Source of the DNA: an uncultured Candidatus Saccharibacteria bacterium
GTDB taxonomy: Bacteria; Patescibacteriota; Minisyncoccia; 2-02-FULL-40-12
Length of the DNA stretch: 50,317 nt
Assembly: GCA_964368135.1 (NCBI GenBank)
Contig: CAYIZI010000003.1
Location: 1 to 50,317 of the forward strand
Reading direction: 5' to 3'
Both the position numbers and the translations under genes were made by a program. Below the pieces are notes generated by a model. The model was not told the origin of the DNA, searched no databases, and saw only the letters and a program-made list of their open reading frames with translations. Shown one piece after another: positions 39,141-49,400 of this stretch. Within the stretch, counting starts at the first letter, position 1, and every line of letters starts with the position of its first letter.

Positions 39141-39610
39141 GAGGCTTCACTTTAATTGAAGTGGTTGTATCAATCTCAATAGTATCTTTGGTTGTAGTCG
39201 GAGTGATGTTTGTTTTCAGTCTAAACTTAACCAGCGCTTCAAGGAGCATTAATAATCTTATTGCTGCTAACTTGGCTCAAGAGGGTCTGGAAATCGTCCG
39301 GAATATTAGAGATAAAGATTGGCATTTGGGAAATCCTTTTGGAACTTCTTTGCCCAACGGAACTTATTTGGCTGACTGGAATTCTCAAAACCTTATTTCC
39401 TTTTCCGATATTCCTCTGAAGAAAGATTCAACTGGAATTTACAATTATACTTCGGGCCAGGATACAAACTTTAAAAGAAAAATAATCATTGAAGATTCTT
39501 TGCAAAATCCGCCGACAATTGAAAAAGTGGTCAAGGTTGAAATTTCTTGGCAGGAGAGAGGGGGCTTAAAAACAATTCAAGCCGAACTACGTCTATTTAA
39601 TTGGCGTTAA
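39137..39610 (+). CDS. minor pilin (prepilin-type N-terminus)
   Basis: MRG/FTLIEVVVSISIV. ATGA overlap with the upstream stop. The track start at 39092 is upstream in frame. Confidence 0.75.
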   Translation: MRGFTLIEVVVSISIVSLVVVGVMFVFSLNLTSASRSINNLIAANLAQEGLEIVRNIRDKDWHLGNPFGTSLPNGTYLADWNSQNLISFSDIPLKKDSTGIYNYTSGQDTNFKRKIIIEDSLQNPPTIEKVVKVEISWQERGGLKTIQAELRLFNWR

Positions 39611-39616
39611 AGCAAA

Positions 39617-40123
39617 ATGAATAAAGGTTTTACCTTAATTGAAATCATTGTTTCTTTAGCCATTTTTTCTGTTTTGGTGATGATTGTTGGCGGGGTTTCG
39701 GTCGCCAGCTTAAACTTAGAGAGAAAAGCCCTTAATCTTAAGAAAGTTGAAGAGAATAGCCGCTTCGTCTTAGAGTTGATGTCGCGTGAATTAAGAGTGG
39801 CTGACCCGATTAATACACCTGATAATGTTTGTCCCGGTTCAGGCGGTTCTTTTATTAGTTTTACTCACCCGGTTAATGGGAATATTGAATATGACTTGGT
39901 TAATTCGCAGATTGTCCGAAGGGTTAATGGCGTGGAGTCAGCTATCTCTAATCCGGATGTTGAAATTGCCAGTTTACTCTTTTGTATTTCCGGAAATCTG
40001 GCCGGCGATCGAAATCAGCCCAAAGTTTCAATAGTTTTAAGAGTTCGAGCCGGCGGTTTAGCCGGCCAAGCGACAACGTTTGATTTACAAACAACTGTTT
40101 CTGAAAGAAGAGTTGTTGATTAG
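39617..40123 (+). CDS. minor pilin (PulJ/FimT-like)
   Basis: MNKG/FTLIEIIVSLAIFSVL. Confidence 0.75.
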   Translation: MNKGFTLIEIIVSLAIFSVLVMIVGGVSVASLNLERKALNLKKVEENSRFVLELMSRELRVADPINTPDNVCPGSGGSFISFTHPVNGNIEYDLVNSQIVRRVNGVESAISNPDVEIASLLFCISGNLAGDRNQPKVSIVLRVRAGGLAGQATTFDLQTTVSERRVVD

Positions 40124-40125
40124 AG

Positions 40126-41154
40126 ATGAATAGAGGCACGGTTTTAATTTATGTTTTGTTGACCATCAGCATTATTTTATCAATGGCTTTGTTTTTGACG
40201 GCTATTTTTGCCGACAAAGTAAGAACCTCTTTTGATTATCCGAATTCGGTTACGGCTCTTTACGCCGCTGACAGCGGAGTGGAGTGGTGCCTCTATGTTA
40301 ATTTATCTAATGTGTCTCCTCCGGTGCCAGGTCTCGTCGCTCACTGGAAGCTTGATGAAACTTCGCCTAGTACCACCGCCGCCGACTCTTCGGGCAACGG
40401 CAATACCGGAACTTTGGTTAATGGTCCTACCTGGACCACGGGTCAGATCAATGGCGCTCTTGATTTTGACGGGGTTAATGATTATGTGGATTTTGGCACG
40501 GGGACCAGTTTAGATATGGGTGCGGGAAATTTCTCCTTGTCAGGATGGTTTAAATCTGGTTTTGGATTTGGAAGAACTATGGCAGGGAAAGGGGGAACCG
40601 GCCCGGGCGGAACGAGATATTTGATAACATTAGACGAAACCGATTGCGGCGGAGGAATGAAAATAAAAGTGGAGATTGACGATGATACCACTAAGAAGTT
40701 TACATGTTCGTCCGGAAGCAGTTTTAACGATAACGCCTGGCATCACGCAGTATTGGTTAGAAACGGCAATAACCTAAGGCTTTACGAGGACGGTCAGCAA
40801 GTGGCAACTCCTACCGATATCACGGGTTACGGCAATATCAATAGTACCCGCATTTTTAGTATCGGCTCAATGTTCGATGAAGGTGCTCTTAATCAGTCCA
40901 GTTTTTTTTCGGGTCTCATCGATGATGTCCGTATCTATGACCGGGCTCTGTCGGCGGCCGAAGTTACAGATTTATTTAATCCTCCGCCCCCGCCCACTAC
41001 TATACCCCAGCCGGTTTTGACTAATGGCGCCACTTATGCGATTTATTCTCCGGCGACCGGATCCACTGTTTCAGACTGCACCGAGAGCACGCTTAATCAT
41101 AAAATTGTCGGATCATATCGGGATGTAGCTCGTTCACTGGAGATTTCTCAATAA
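40126..41154 (+). CDS. PilX-like minor pilin fused to a LamG/concanavalin-like domain
   Basis: Hydrophobic N-terminus. LVAHWKLDE...GNGNTGTL...GALDFDGVNDYV...DDVRIYDRALSAAEV is the classic LamG_3 pattern. Confidence 0.7.
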   Translation: MNRGTVLIYVLLTISIILSMALFLTAIFADKVRTSFDYPNSVTALYAADSGVEWCLYVNLSNVSPPVPGLVAHWKLDETSPSTTAADSSGNGNTGTLVNGPTWTTGQINGALDFDGVNDYVDFGTGTSLDMGAGNFSLSGWFKSGFGFGRTMAGKGGTGPGGTRYLITLDETDCGGGMKIKVEIDDDTTKKFTCSSGSSFNDNAWHHAVLVRNGNNLRLYEDGQQVATPTDITGYGNINSTRIFSIGSMFDEGALNQSSFFSGLIDDVRIYDRALSAAEVTDLFNPPPPPTTIPQPVLTNGATYAIYSPATGSTVSDCTESTLNHKIVGSYRDVARSLEISQ

Positions 41155-41175
41155 ATTAGGTATATTATTGAGTTC

Positions 41176-43236
41176 ATGGATAGATCCGGAATCAAAAAAA
41201 GGATTGAAAAACTTCGCGAAGTAATCAATCGCCACCGTTATCTTTATCATGTTTTGGATAAGCAGGAGATATCTGATTCGGCTCTGGACTCTTTAAAAAA
41301 AGAGCTTTTTGATCTGGAGCAGGAATACCCTGAATTTATTACGGCAGATTCGCCGACCCAAAGAGTGGGGGGAAAGCCGCTGAAAGAGTTTAAGAAATTT
41401 AAGCACCCTGAATCAATGCTTTCCTTCAATGACGCATTTGACGAAAAAGATATTCAGGAGTGGGAGAATCGTTTTGAGAGATTGGCTCCCGGGGCTAAAA
41501 AAAACGGTTACTACTGTGAACTAAAAATAGACGGGTTGGCGATTGAGCTTATTTACCAGAAAGGGATCCTTCGGGTTGGCTCAACTCGCGGCGATGGGGT
41601 GACTGGCGAGGATGTTACCCAAAATCTTCGGACCATAGAGGCGATACCATTACAACTATTGAACAATCGAGAGATAGTTAAAAATTTAAAAAAGGGAAAG
41701 TCAGATAATTTTACCAGCAGGGTTATAAAATCTCTTAGTGGAGAGTTAGTTGTCCGGGGAGAAGTTTTTATTACCAAAAAAGAATTTGAAAGAATAAATA
41801 AAGATCAGGAGAAAAAAGGATTAAAAATTTATGCCAATCCCCGAAACCTTGCCGCCGGTTCTGTCCGCCAACTCGATCCTTCAATAACCAGTTCTAGGAA
41901 ACTTGATTCTTATGCTTATGCTCTTAAGACCGATGTTGGTCAAAAAACCCACGAAGAAGAACATCTGATACTTAAAGCTCTGGGATTTAAAACCAATCCT
42001 CACAATAAATTTATTAAGGGTCTGAATGAGGTTCAAAAATTCCGCGACTATTGGGAGAAAAACCGGGAAAAGCTTGGTTACGAAATAGATGGCGTGGTCA
42101 TAAACATTAATGACAATGATGTTTTTGAAAAATTAGGGGTGGTCGGCAAATCGCCCCGCGGTTCAATCGCTTATAAATTTTCACCCAAAGAAGCGACCAC
42201 CAAAGTCAAAGATATCATTGTTTCAGTGGGCCGGACCGGTACTTTAACGCCGATTGCTGTTTTGGAGCCGGTTGAAATCGGCGGGGTTACGGTTTCCCGG
42301 GCCACTTTGCATAACGAGGATGAGATAAAAAGACTGGGAATTAAAATTGGCGACACCGTAGTTGTCGGACGAGCCGGGGATGTTATTCCGGACGTGATTA
42401 AGGTTTTAAAAGAATTGAGAACCGGCAAAGAAAGAGAATTTCATATGCCTAAAAAATGTCCGGTTTGCGGCGGGGCGGTAAAAAGAATGGAAGGCGAGGC
42501 GGCTCATCGCTGCATCAATAAAAATTGTCCAGCCATAAAAAGAGAAGCGATTTACCACTATGTCGGTAAAAATGGGATGGATATGGAGGGCGTCGGTCCT
42601 AAAATCATTGACCAGCTTATGGATGCCGGTTTAATTAAAAGTGCGCCTGATTTATATTCTTTAAAGAAAGAGGACTTGCTTAATCTGCCGCGTTTTGCCG
42701 AAAAGTCAGCGGAAAATGTCATAAAGGCAATTCAGGAAAGAAAGAATCCGGCTTTGGATAAATTTATTTATTCTTTAGGCATCCGTCATGTTGGCGAAGA
42801 AACCGCTTTTGATTTGGCTAAGAAATTCGGCAGTTTGGATAAGCTGGCCAAGGTTTCTTTGGAGGAATTGAGTAAGATTCCGAATATCGGTGAAGTGGTG
42901 GCTCAAAGCATTTACGAGTGGTTCAGGAATAAATACAATCAGGGCCTTCTTGAGAAATTCAAAAAAGCAGGCGTGAAGCCGAAAGGATTCAAAATCACCA
43001 AAGCAATGACTAAGCTGGCTGGCAAGAATTTTGTTTTTACCGGCGGGTTGGAAAAGATGACCCGGGAAGAAGCCCAAAAACGGGTGCGGGAGATGGGCGG
43101 TGATGTTTCATCAGCAGTTTCGGAGGATGTAGATTATGTAGTCGCCGGTTCAGAGCCGGGTTCAAAGTATGAGAAAGCCAAGAAACTTGGTATAAAGATA
43201 CTAAATGAAAAAGAGTTCTTATTAATGATAAAATAA
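41176..43236 (+). CDS. ligA: NAD-dependent DNA ligase
   Basis: Adenylation motif CELKIDG. A Cys4 zinc finger (CPVCGG...CIN). HhH and BRCT regions. 686 aa. Confidence 0.92.
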   Translation: MDRSGIKKRIEKLREVINRHRYLYHVLDKQEISDSALDSLKKELFDLEQEYPEFITADSPTQRVGGKPLKEFKKFKHPESMLSFNDAFDEKDIQEWENRFERLAPGAKKNGYYCELKIDGLAIELIYQKGILRVGSTRGDGVTGEDVTQNLRTIEAIPLQLLNNREIVKNLKKGKSDNFTSRVIKSLSGELVVRGEVFITKKEFERINKDQEKKGLKIYANPRNLAAGSVRQLDPSITSSRKLDSYAYALKTDVGQKTHEEEHLILKALGFKTNPHNKFIKGLNEVQKFRDYWEKNREKLGYEIDGVVININDNDVFEKLGVVGKSPRGSIAYKFSPKEATTKVKDIIVSVGRTGTLTPIAVLEPVEIGGVTVSRATLHNEDEIKRLGIKIGDTVVVGRAGDVIPDVIKVLKELRTGKEREFHMPKKCPVCGGAVKRMEGEAAHRCINKNCPAIKREAIYHYVGKNGMDMEGVGPKIIDQLMDAGLIKSAPDLYSLKKEDLLNLPRFAEKSAENVIKAIQERKNPALDKFIYSLGIRHVGEETAFDLAKKFGSLDKLAKVSLEELSKIPNIGEVVAQSIYEWFRNKYNQGLLEKFKKAGVKPKGFKITKAMTKLAGKNFVFTGGLEKMTREEAQKRVREMGGDVSSAVSEDVDYVVAGSEPGSKYEKAKKLGIKILNEKEFLLMIK

Positions 43237-43242
43237 GAGTCT

Positions 43243-43542
43243 ATGGCTTTATCCGCTAAAGAGATAGATTATATTGCTAAACTTGCCAGATTAGGCCTTA
43301 GCGATTCAGAAAAGAAGAAATACTCAAAAGAGTTGAGCCAGATTTTGGATTATATGAATAAGTTAAATGAGGTAGATACAAAAGACGTAGAGCCAACCAG
43401 CCAGGTTACCGGCTTGATTAATGTTTTCAGAAAAGATGAAAATCCTTTTGGAGTTGAGCCTGAGAAAATTAAAAAAATAATCGGCCAGGCGCCGGAAAGA
43501 GAAGATAATTTCATTAAAACTAAACCGATAATTGAGAAGTAA
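43243..43542 (+). CDS. gatC: Asp/Glu-tRNA amidotransferase subunit C
   Basis: 99 aa. [13 protein letters not shown] ... VEPT pattern. Position immediately upstream of gatA. Confidence 0.88.
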   Translation: MALSAKEIDYIAKLARLGLSDSEKKKYSKELSQILDYMNKLNEVDTKDVEPTSQVTGLINVFRKDENPFGVEPEKIKKIIGQAPEREDNFIKTKPIIEK

Positions 43543-44954
43543 TGGACATTAAATCCCTAACAATAAAAGATACGATAAATGGATTCAAGAAGAAGGAGTT
43601 TTTGCCTGAGGAATTAAGACAGGCATTTTTAAGGTTAATAAAAAAAGAGAATAAGGAATTAAACGCTTATTTGAACATTTTTGAAGAAAGCGATTCCGGC
43701 GAAGGGAGAGGGATTTTAGCCGGTGTTCCTTGTGCTGTAAAAGATAATATTCTTATTGAAGATACACGGTGTACTGCCGGCTCTAAAATTTTAGAAAACT
43801 ATGTCTCTACTTATGATTCCACGGTTATAAAAAAACTGAAAGAAGCGGGAGCGGTTTTTTTAGGCAAAACTAATCTTGATGAATTTGCTATGGGTTCTTC
43901 AACCGAGAATTCTGCTTTTGGGCCGACAAAAAACCCTCATGACTTAACTCGTGTTCCCGGCGGTTCTTCAGGTGGTTCAGCAGCCGCGGTGGCAGGGGGA
44001 TTAGCGGTGTTTGCGTTAGGTTCTGATACTGGCGGTTCAATTAGGTTGCCAGCCAGCTTCTGCGGGGTAGTGGGGTTGAAGCCGACTTACGGACGGGTTT
44101 CCCGTTATGGTCTTATGGCCATGGCTTCTTCTTTGGATCAGATTGGGACTTTAACCAAGAATGTTTATGATTCGGCTTTAGTTTTAAATTTAATTGCCGG
44201 TCAAGACAATTATGATTCTACTACTCTATCTGAAGAGATTAAAGATTACACTCAAGATTTAGATAGACCGCTTAAAGGCCTGAAGATCGGAGTGCCCAAA
44301 GAATACTTTGGCCAGGGTTTAGATAGTGAAGTGGCTAATTCAATTCAAAAAGCGATAGCCAAATTGCAAAGTTTGGGCGGGGAAATAGTTGAGGTGTCTT
44401 TGCCTCATTCCGAATACGCCTTGGCGGCTTATTATATTATTATGCCGTCAGAGGTTTCAGCTAATTTGGCCAGGTATGACGGCATCAAGTACGGTTTTTC
44501 AAAAAGCAAGGCAAAAAATTTAATGAATGTTTACCTTGAAAGCAGAGGCCAGGGCTTCGGGGAAGAGGCGAGAAGAAGAATAATGCTTGGAACCCATTCT
44601 TTATCCAGCGGTTATTATGATGCCTATTATAGGAAGGCCCAGCAGGTAAGGACTTTAGTAAAAAAAGATTTTGATGAAGCCTTTAAAAAAGTTGATGTGA
44701 TAATCGGACCAACCGCCCCAACCGTGGCCTTTAAGATAGGAGAAAAAATTAATGACCCTTTGAGTATGTATCTCTCCGATATTTATACTGTGGCCATTAA
44801 CTTGGCGGGCATTCCGGCAATTTCAGTGCCTTGCGGTTTTGTCCAGGTGGAAGATAAAAACTTACCAGTCGGCCTTCAGATAATAGGGAATCAGTTTGAC
44901 GAGGCGACGATTTTAAGAGTGGCGTATAATTACGAGAGAGGGAGAAGTGAATAA
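43542..44954 (+). CDS. gatA: Asp/Glu-tRNA amidotransferase subunit A
   Basis: Amidase signature [12 protein letters not shown] and [13 protein letters not shown]. 470 aa. Confidence 0.92.
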   Translation: MDIKSLTIKDTINGFKKKEFLPEELRQAFLRLIKKENKELNAYLNIFEESDSGEGRGILAGVPCAVKDNILIEDTRCTAGSKILENYVSTYDSTVIKKLKEAGAVFLGKTNLDEFAMGSSTENSAFGPTKNPHDLTRVPGGSSGGSAAAVAGGLAVFALGSDTGGSIRLPASFCGVVGLKPTYGRVSRYGLMAMASSLDQIGTLTKNVYDSALVLNLIAGQDNYDSTTLSEEIKDYTQDLDRPLKGLKIGVPKEYFGQGLDSEVANSIQKAIAKLQSLGGEIVEVSLPHSEYALAAYYIIMPSEVSANLARYDGIKYGFSKSKAKNLMNVYLESRGQGFGEEARRRIMLGTHSLSSGYYDAYYRKAQQVRTLVKKDFDEAFKKVDVIIGPTAPTVAFKIGEKINDPLSMYLSDIYTVAINLAGIPAISVPCGFVQVEDKNLPVGLQIIGNQFDEATILRVAYNYERGRSE

Positions 44955-44983
44955 TTCTAATTATTTACTTCGACCGAACGAAT

Positions 44984-45014
44984 TAATTATATAGCTGAGT
45001 GAGCTATATAATTA
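44984..45014. terminator. 13-bp perfect hairpin after gatA
   Basis: TAATTATATAGCT-GAGTG-AGCTATATAATTA. Confidence 0.5.
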
Positions 45015-45026
45015 CGAACAGAATCA

Positions 45027-45491
45027 ATGAATGTCGGCACTATAATCACAATCATATCCTTGATTTTAATTGCCGTTTTTTTAATCCTGATAGTTTTTCT
45101 TTTAGTCAGAGCAAAAAAGTTAAAATTAGATACAGGTGTCAAAAGGGGAAAGGGAGAAGTAGTAGATTCTCAAAAAATAAGAGAAGACTGGCAGGCAGTT
45201 TTAAGTCACTTTAATTCAAGTAATGAAAGTGATTGGAAGTTGGCGATTATTGAAGCCGACAAACTAATTGATAATTTATTAATTCAAAAAGGATATAAGG
45301 GAGAATCAATGGCCGAGAGAATGTCTTTGATTAAAAGGAAAGAGTTAAAAAGTATTGAACTTCTTTGGGAAGCCCACAAACTTAGAAATAGAATTGCTCA
45401 TAAGCCCGGTTTTAAACTTGATTATCGCCAAACCCAAAAAGCAATTTCCTATTACGAAGAAGCCTTGAAAGATTTAAGAGAAGAACTATAA
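45027..45491 (+). CDS. membrane-anchored helical protein, unknown function
   Basis: 154-aa ORF with an N-terminal TM helix. Confidence 0.5.
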   Translation: MNVGTIITIISLILIAVFLILIVFLLVRAKKLKLDTGVKRGKGEVVDSQKIREDWQAVLSHFNSSNESDWKLAIIEADKLIDNLLIQKGYKGESMAERMSLIKRKELKSIELLWEAHKLRNRIAHKPGFKLDYRQTQKAISYYEEALKDLREEL

Positions 45492-45728
45492 TTCTTCAAC
45501 TAAGATTTTTTTCGTTTTGAAAGCGGCCGGTTCAGCCGTTTTTTTATCTCGGCTTTCGTCTATGTCCTTAAGGAGATTTTCTACATCCTCAACTTTATAA
45601 ACCCGATAATTATTCATCGGATTTCGGTAGGCTTGAAGCCGGCCACGTTTATCCCAGTTACGGATTGTCAAGGGGGTGACTCCTAATAATTTTGCGACTT
45701 GTTTTACGGTCAAAAATTGTTTTGGCAT
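45486..45728 (-). CDS. excisionase/MerR-type HTH DNA-binding protein (80 aa)
   Basis: LTVKQVAKLLGVTPLTIRNWDKRGRL...YRVYKVEDV is the HTH_17 pattern. Confidence 0.7.
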   Translation of the reverse strand: MPKQFLTVKQVAKLLGVTPLTIRNWDKRGRLQAYRNPMNNYRVYKVEDVENLLKDIDESRDKKTAEPAAFKTKKILVEEL

Positions 45729-45754
45729 TTTAATTTTTTAAACCTTTAAATTCC

Positions 45755-45775
45755 TAAACTTAAATTTTAAGTTTA
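45755..45775. promoter_or_regulatory. 21-nt palindrome 27 nt upstream of the excisionase-like gene
   Basis: TAAACTTAAA-T-TTTAAGTTTA, giving 10-bp arms. Confidence 0.35.
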
Positions 45776-45877
45776 ACTTTTAATAATCTTTTCATTTTAA
45801 AGTTTCAGATATTTTTTATTTCAATCTTTATTAAGGTTTCAACATCTATTTTAGTTTTTAACTGGATAAATAACAAC

Positions 45878-45886
45878 TGTGGATAA
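45878..45886 (+). promoter_or_regulatory. perfect DnaA-box 9-mer TGTGGATAA
   Basis: Reverse complement of TTATCCACA. Its extended context TGTGGATAATTTAAA is identical to the box at 13420. An imperfect CTGGATAAA lies 17 nt upstream. Confidence 0.45.
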
Positions 45887-45938
45887 TTTAAAAGCCCAGT
45901 TATTACGGAGAAAAAAAATATATAAGTAAACATATGAT

Positions 45939-46180
45939 AGGGACAGTGCTGGCTAGGTCAAGATATTTGTCGGGCTAAAAATAAAAATAGATGGCCAAGA
46001 TTATTATCTGGTTATACTTCCCGGTCATCTCTTCTTGGCCTCCCAACTCGGCTTTTCGAAGCCACCAAAAGAGGCCTAAATGGTTTACCCTGTTATTTAT
46101 ATAGAGGGGAGTCCGCGTTACTTTATTCAATTTGCTGACTATACCCGAGAGGCTTTTCGTTTGGCCATACCCTCGATTTT
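45939..46180. ncRNA. candidate structured non-coding RNA (GC-rich island in an AT-rich gap)
   Basis: Nested helices. GGCCAAGA...TCTTGGCC (8 bp). GGCCTC...GAGGCC (6 bp) enclosing GGCTT-TTCG-AAGCC. CGAGAGG...CCCTCG followed by ATTTTT, which is terminator-like on the plus strand. No convincing ORF. The strand is not resolved. Confidence 0.4.
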
Positions 46181-46285
46181 TCAAGAAATATTGCGTGTTT
46201 TAATAATTTTATATATGTTTTTCTTCAAATAAATACCAGAACTTTTACAACAAATCCTCAAGAAATAATCAACTAATAAACACTT

Positions 46286-46329
46286 TGTGGATAACTTTAT
46301 TGACACTATATAACCAGAAAACCTAATAT
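46286..46329 (+). promoter_or_regulatory. perfect DnaA-box 9-mer abutting a TTGACA-18-TAATAT promoter
   Basis: Box at 46286..46294, -35 at 46300..46305, -10 at 46324..46329. This lies upstream of the giant ORF. Confidence 0.5.
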
Positions 46330-46422
46330 TTAGATATCGCAATATTCTATTAAAGAGTAAGGAATATCGCGTCCTTAAAAATATTATTTATCGGCTATAG
46401 GGAAGGCTTTCGAAGTTAGAAT

Positions 46423-49400
46423 TTGGAAGCCATCGAAAGGGAAGGAAAAAAGTTTATAGCTGCTTCGGTATTAGCCGAAGAATTTGGTTATGATCGGAAT
46501 CACATTGGGTTATTAGCTCGCCAAGGAAAAGTTGAAGGAATTTTAGTGGAGAAAAAGTGGTACGTAACTAAAGAATCGCTTGAAAGTTATCGAATCAAAG
46601 CAGCTAAAAACAGAAAGGAAGTCGCCCGCCAAGGCATTCAACTGACTCGAAGGCCAATAGCTCCTTCGTTAGCTTCTTCCCATATAGCCGATGGGACCAG
46701 AGCCATCAGGACATATCTTAGCTCCAGCAATTTGAAACTGGGTTTAAGATATGGCCTGGTGGCTCTTTTTATTTTACTGATAAGCGCGACCAGCCTTAGC
46801 TATTACAAAAATCCGGCCCTTGGCCATAAGACTGGTAAACTTATTAAAGATTCTTTTGATTTGGTTGGCGATACTATTAAACTTCCTTCCTTAACATTAT
46901 TCGAAGCTGCCAAAAACTTAGACACAATTACCCAAGTAGTTACTAAGCCAGCCCGAAGGCTTTTATATGGCGAGCTAATAAAGTTTGAGTCTCCGAAAGT
47001 TATTTCAAATTTTGATTCAGTTTCTAAACCAGCAAATAATTTTAAACGAAATCTGTTTTCTCTTTTGTTAAACAGCAGGAATCTTTTTAAAGAGTATTCT
47101 TATTCTGTTAGAAATGAATACAAAGATTCTCTTTTCGCTATTCATAATGAGCTTATAATCCCATTAGCTGATGCTATTTCTGGCCCCATAACTTATCTTT
47201 TAACTCATCTTTTTGGAAAAGAAGAGCCTAAAGAAGATTTAGCCGAGGAATTAATTCAGAGAATTAAAGAATTAGAGCAGCAGTTAAAAGATGGTCGGTT
47301 CTTTATCTTGTCAAATAACAACATCATAAGAGAAATTGTTGAGAGAGTAGTAGTTGAAACCCAAACTCCAGCCCCGCCTCAAACAGTCCAGCCCTTACCG
47401 GCCATTACTTTTAACCAGGCCCTAGAACAACGTTTTTCAGCGATTGAAAATACTTTGCTTTCTTTTGAGGAAAGATTTTTGAAAACCCCAACTATTATAT
47501 CGCCAATCCCAACTTATTCTGGTGGCGGTAATACTGGAATGACAATTTTAAACCCGGCTACTATTGATAGCGAAACTGTAAAAGCCGTAACTTTGACTGT
47601 CAGCGGCAGCGGAACGATCAGCAAAAACTTAACAATTAACGGAGATTTAACCGTTGATACCAACACTTTCTATGTAGATTCAACAAATAATCGGGTCGGT
47701 ATCTTAACCACCAGTCCGGAAACTGCTTTTGAAGTAATCGGCCTGGCTTCAGTCAGCCAACTGGCTGGCGCTGGTCTGACTGATTGCGATGGCGGCACCC
47801 AATCACTTAAATGGGATGGGACAAATAAGGTATTTTCCTGCGGTAGCGGGGGAGTATCTTCTAATTCTATTGACTTCGATGAAATCGTCGCCTCGGCCAC
47901 CTTTGACACTAACTGGGATATTGCTTTAAACAGCAAGAATCTTGATATTGGGGATGCTAAGTTCTTTATTGAGGGCTCTTCCGGTAAAATCGGTATTGGC
48001 ACCAGACAATTAACCGAAGTTTTAGAGATTTCGGGCAATGCTTCGGTTTCAGGCGGTTTCTTTGGTCCCTCTTTCCCGGCCACTGATTGTTCTACTGAAT
48101 CTCAAACAATTTTATGGAACTCAACTACTGGTAAATTTTCCTGCGGTACTGATGCTTCTGGCGGTGGTGGCGGTGCTTTTCAAGTTAGAGAATACCCACC
48201 CGGTGTAACCGTTTCTGATATCGCCACTATCTCTTTTGATGCCGGGGCTTTTAATATCACTGCTTCAGCCGGCACTGATGCGGTGGTTAAGCTTGACTAT
48301 ACCAATGGCCCGGCTTCAAGAGCGGCTGACCAGACCATTACCGGCAACTGGCTCTTTAACAATGACGTTGAGTTCCAGGATAACTCTCTCACCCGCTTCA
48401 AGTTCGCCTCCACTTCCCTTGGCCGGTTCGGCTTTGGCGACACTTCTCCGGAAACCTTTTTTGAGATTGCGAGTTCTTCAGGGATCGTGGCGAGTATCTC
48501 TGATACCTTCTTTGTTGACGCAACGAACAAATTTATCGGCATCGGGACGACGGGGCCGACTACCGTTCTGCATGTGTCCGGTCCGAGTAGCGGTGGAACT
48601 ATTTGGAACTCTGGGTTGAGAGTTGACCGAGATGGTGGAGGTTCTGTTAATCAATACACGGTCATAAACACGAATGGCGGTGCGACGCAGATCATCGGAG
48701 TTGATTTAACTGCCGGTGCTGGTAATGGGGCAGAAATTATTTTCAATCGCAGCAATACAGGTTCCGGTACACCTTCAGTAAGTATGCGTATTAGTTCTTC
48801 CGGCAACGTCGGCATCGGCGCCGCCCCTTCCACCAAATTTGAAGTCCAGGGCACGGCTTCGGCCTCATACCTTCTGACCGGCAATACTCTGCAGGTTGGA
48901 GGCTTCGCATCGGCGGCATACTCAAGATTCGGGACTTCGACTCTTACTGCCAATCCAGCCGGCAACTGGATAACCGGAAGCAGTGACCTTCTTGTTTCAG
49001 GTGATCTGTACGGCGTCGGTTCAATCGCCTTTGCCGGTCCGGCATCAATGTCTAACACGTTATGGGTATCGCCGGGAGGGTATTCCGGCAACGTCGGGAT
49101 TGGGACGACAAGTCCACAAGCAAAGCTGCATGTTTCAGGTGGCACAATATTATTGGACCATAACAAATACTTGCAAGGCAAAGATTCAGGTGGGACCGTT
49201 AGGGACATTATTGGGACAATTTTCTCTAGCCAAGACATTTTTGATCTTGCTGGAACTGCGGCGTATAACGTACGTATCGCAGCTGGCGGAGGAGATATCT
49301 TATTCCCTGGTTCTGGAGTTTGGAAATCTACAGGTTTCGTCGGCATCGGGACCACTGCCCCCTCCACCAAGTTTGAAGTCCAGGGCACGGCCTCGGCCTC

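Noticed and set aside
46100-46120. The segment AGAGGGGAGTCCGCG resembles the RNase P RNA CR-I motif GAGGAAAGUCCGGGC.
   Set aside because: The motif would lie near the 3' end of the structured island. No complementary P4 strand or other conserved RNase P regions are visible on the same strand.
45729-46422. I considered calling this gap a definite oriC.
   Set aside because: No dnaA or dnaN is adjacent. Genes on both sides run mostly in the same (plus) direction rather than diverging. Only two perfect boxes are present, and identical boxes elsewhere sit at ordinary promoters. I kept it as a low-confidence alternative only.
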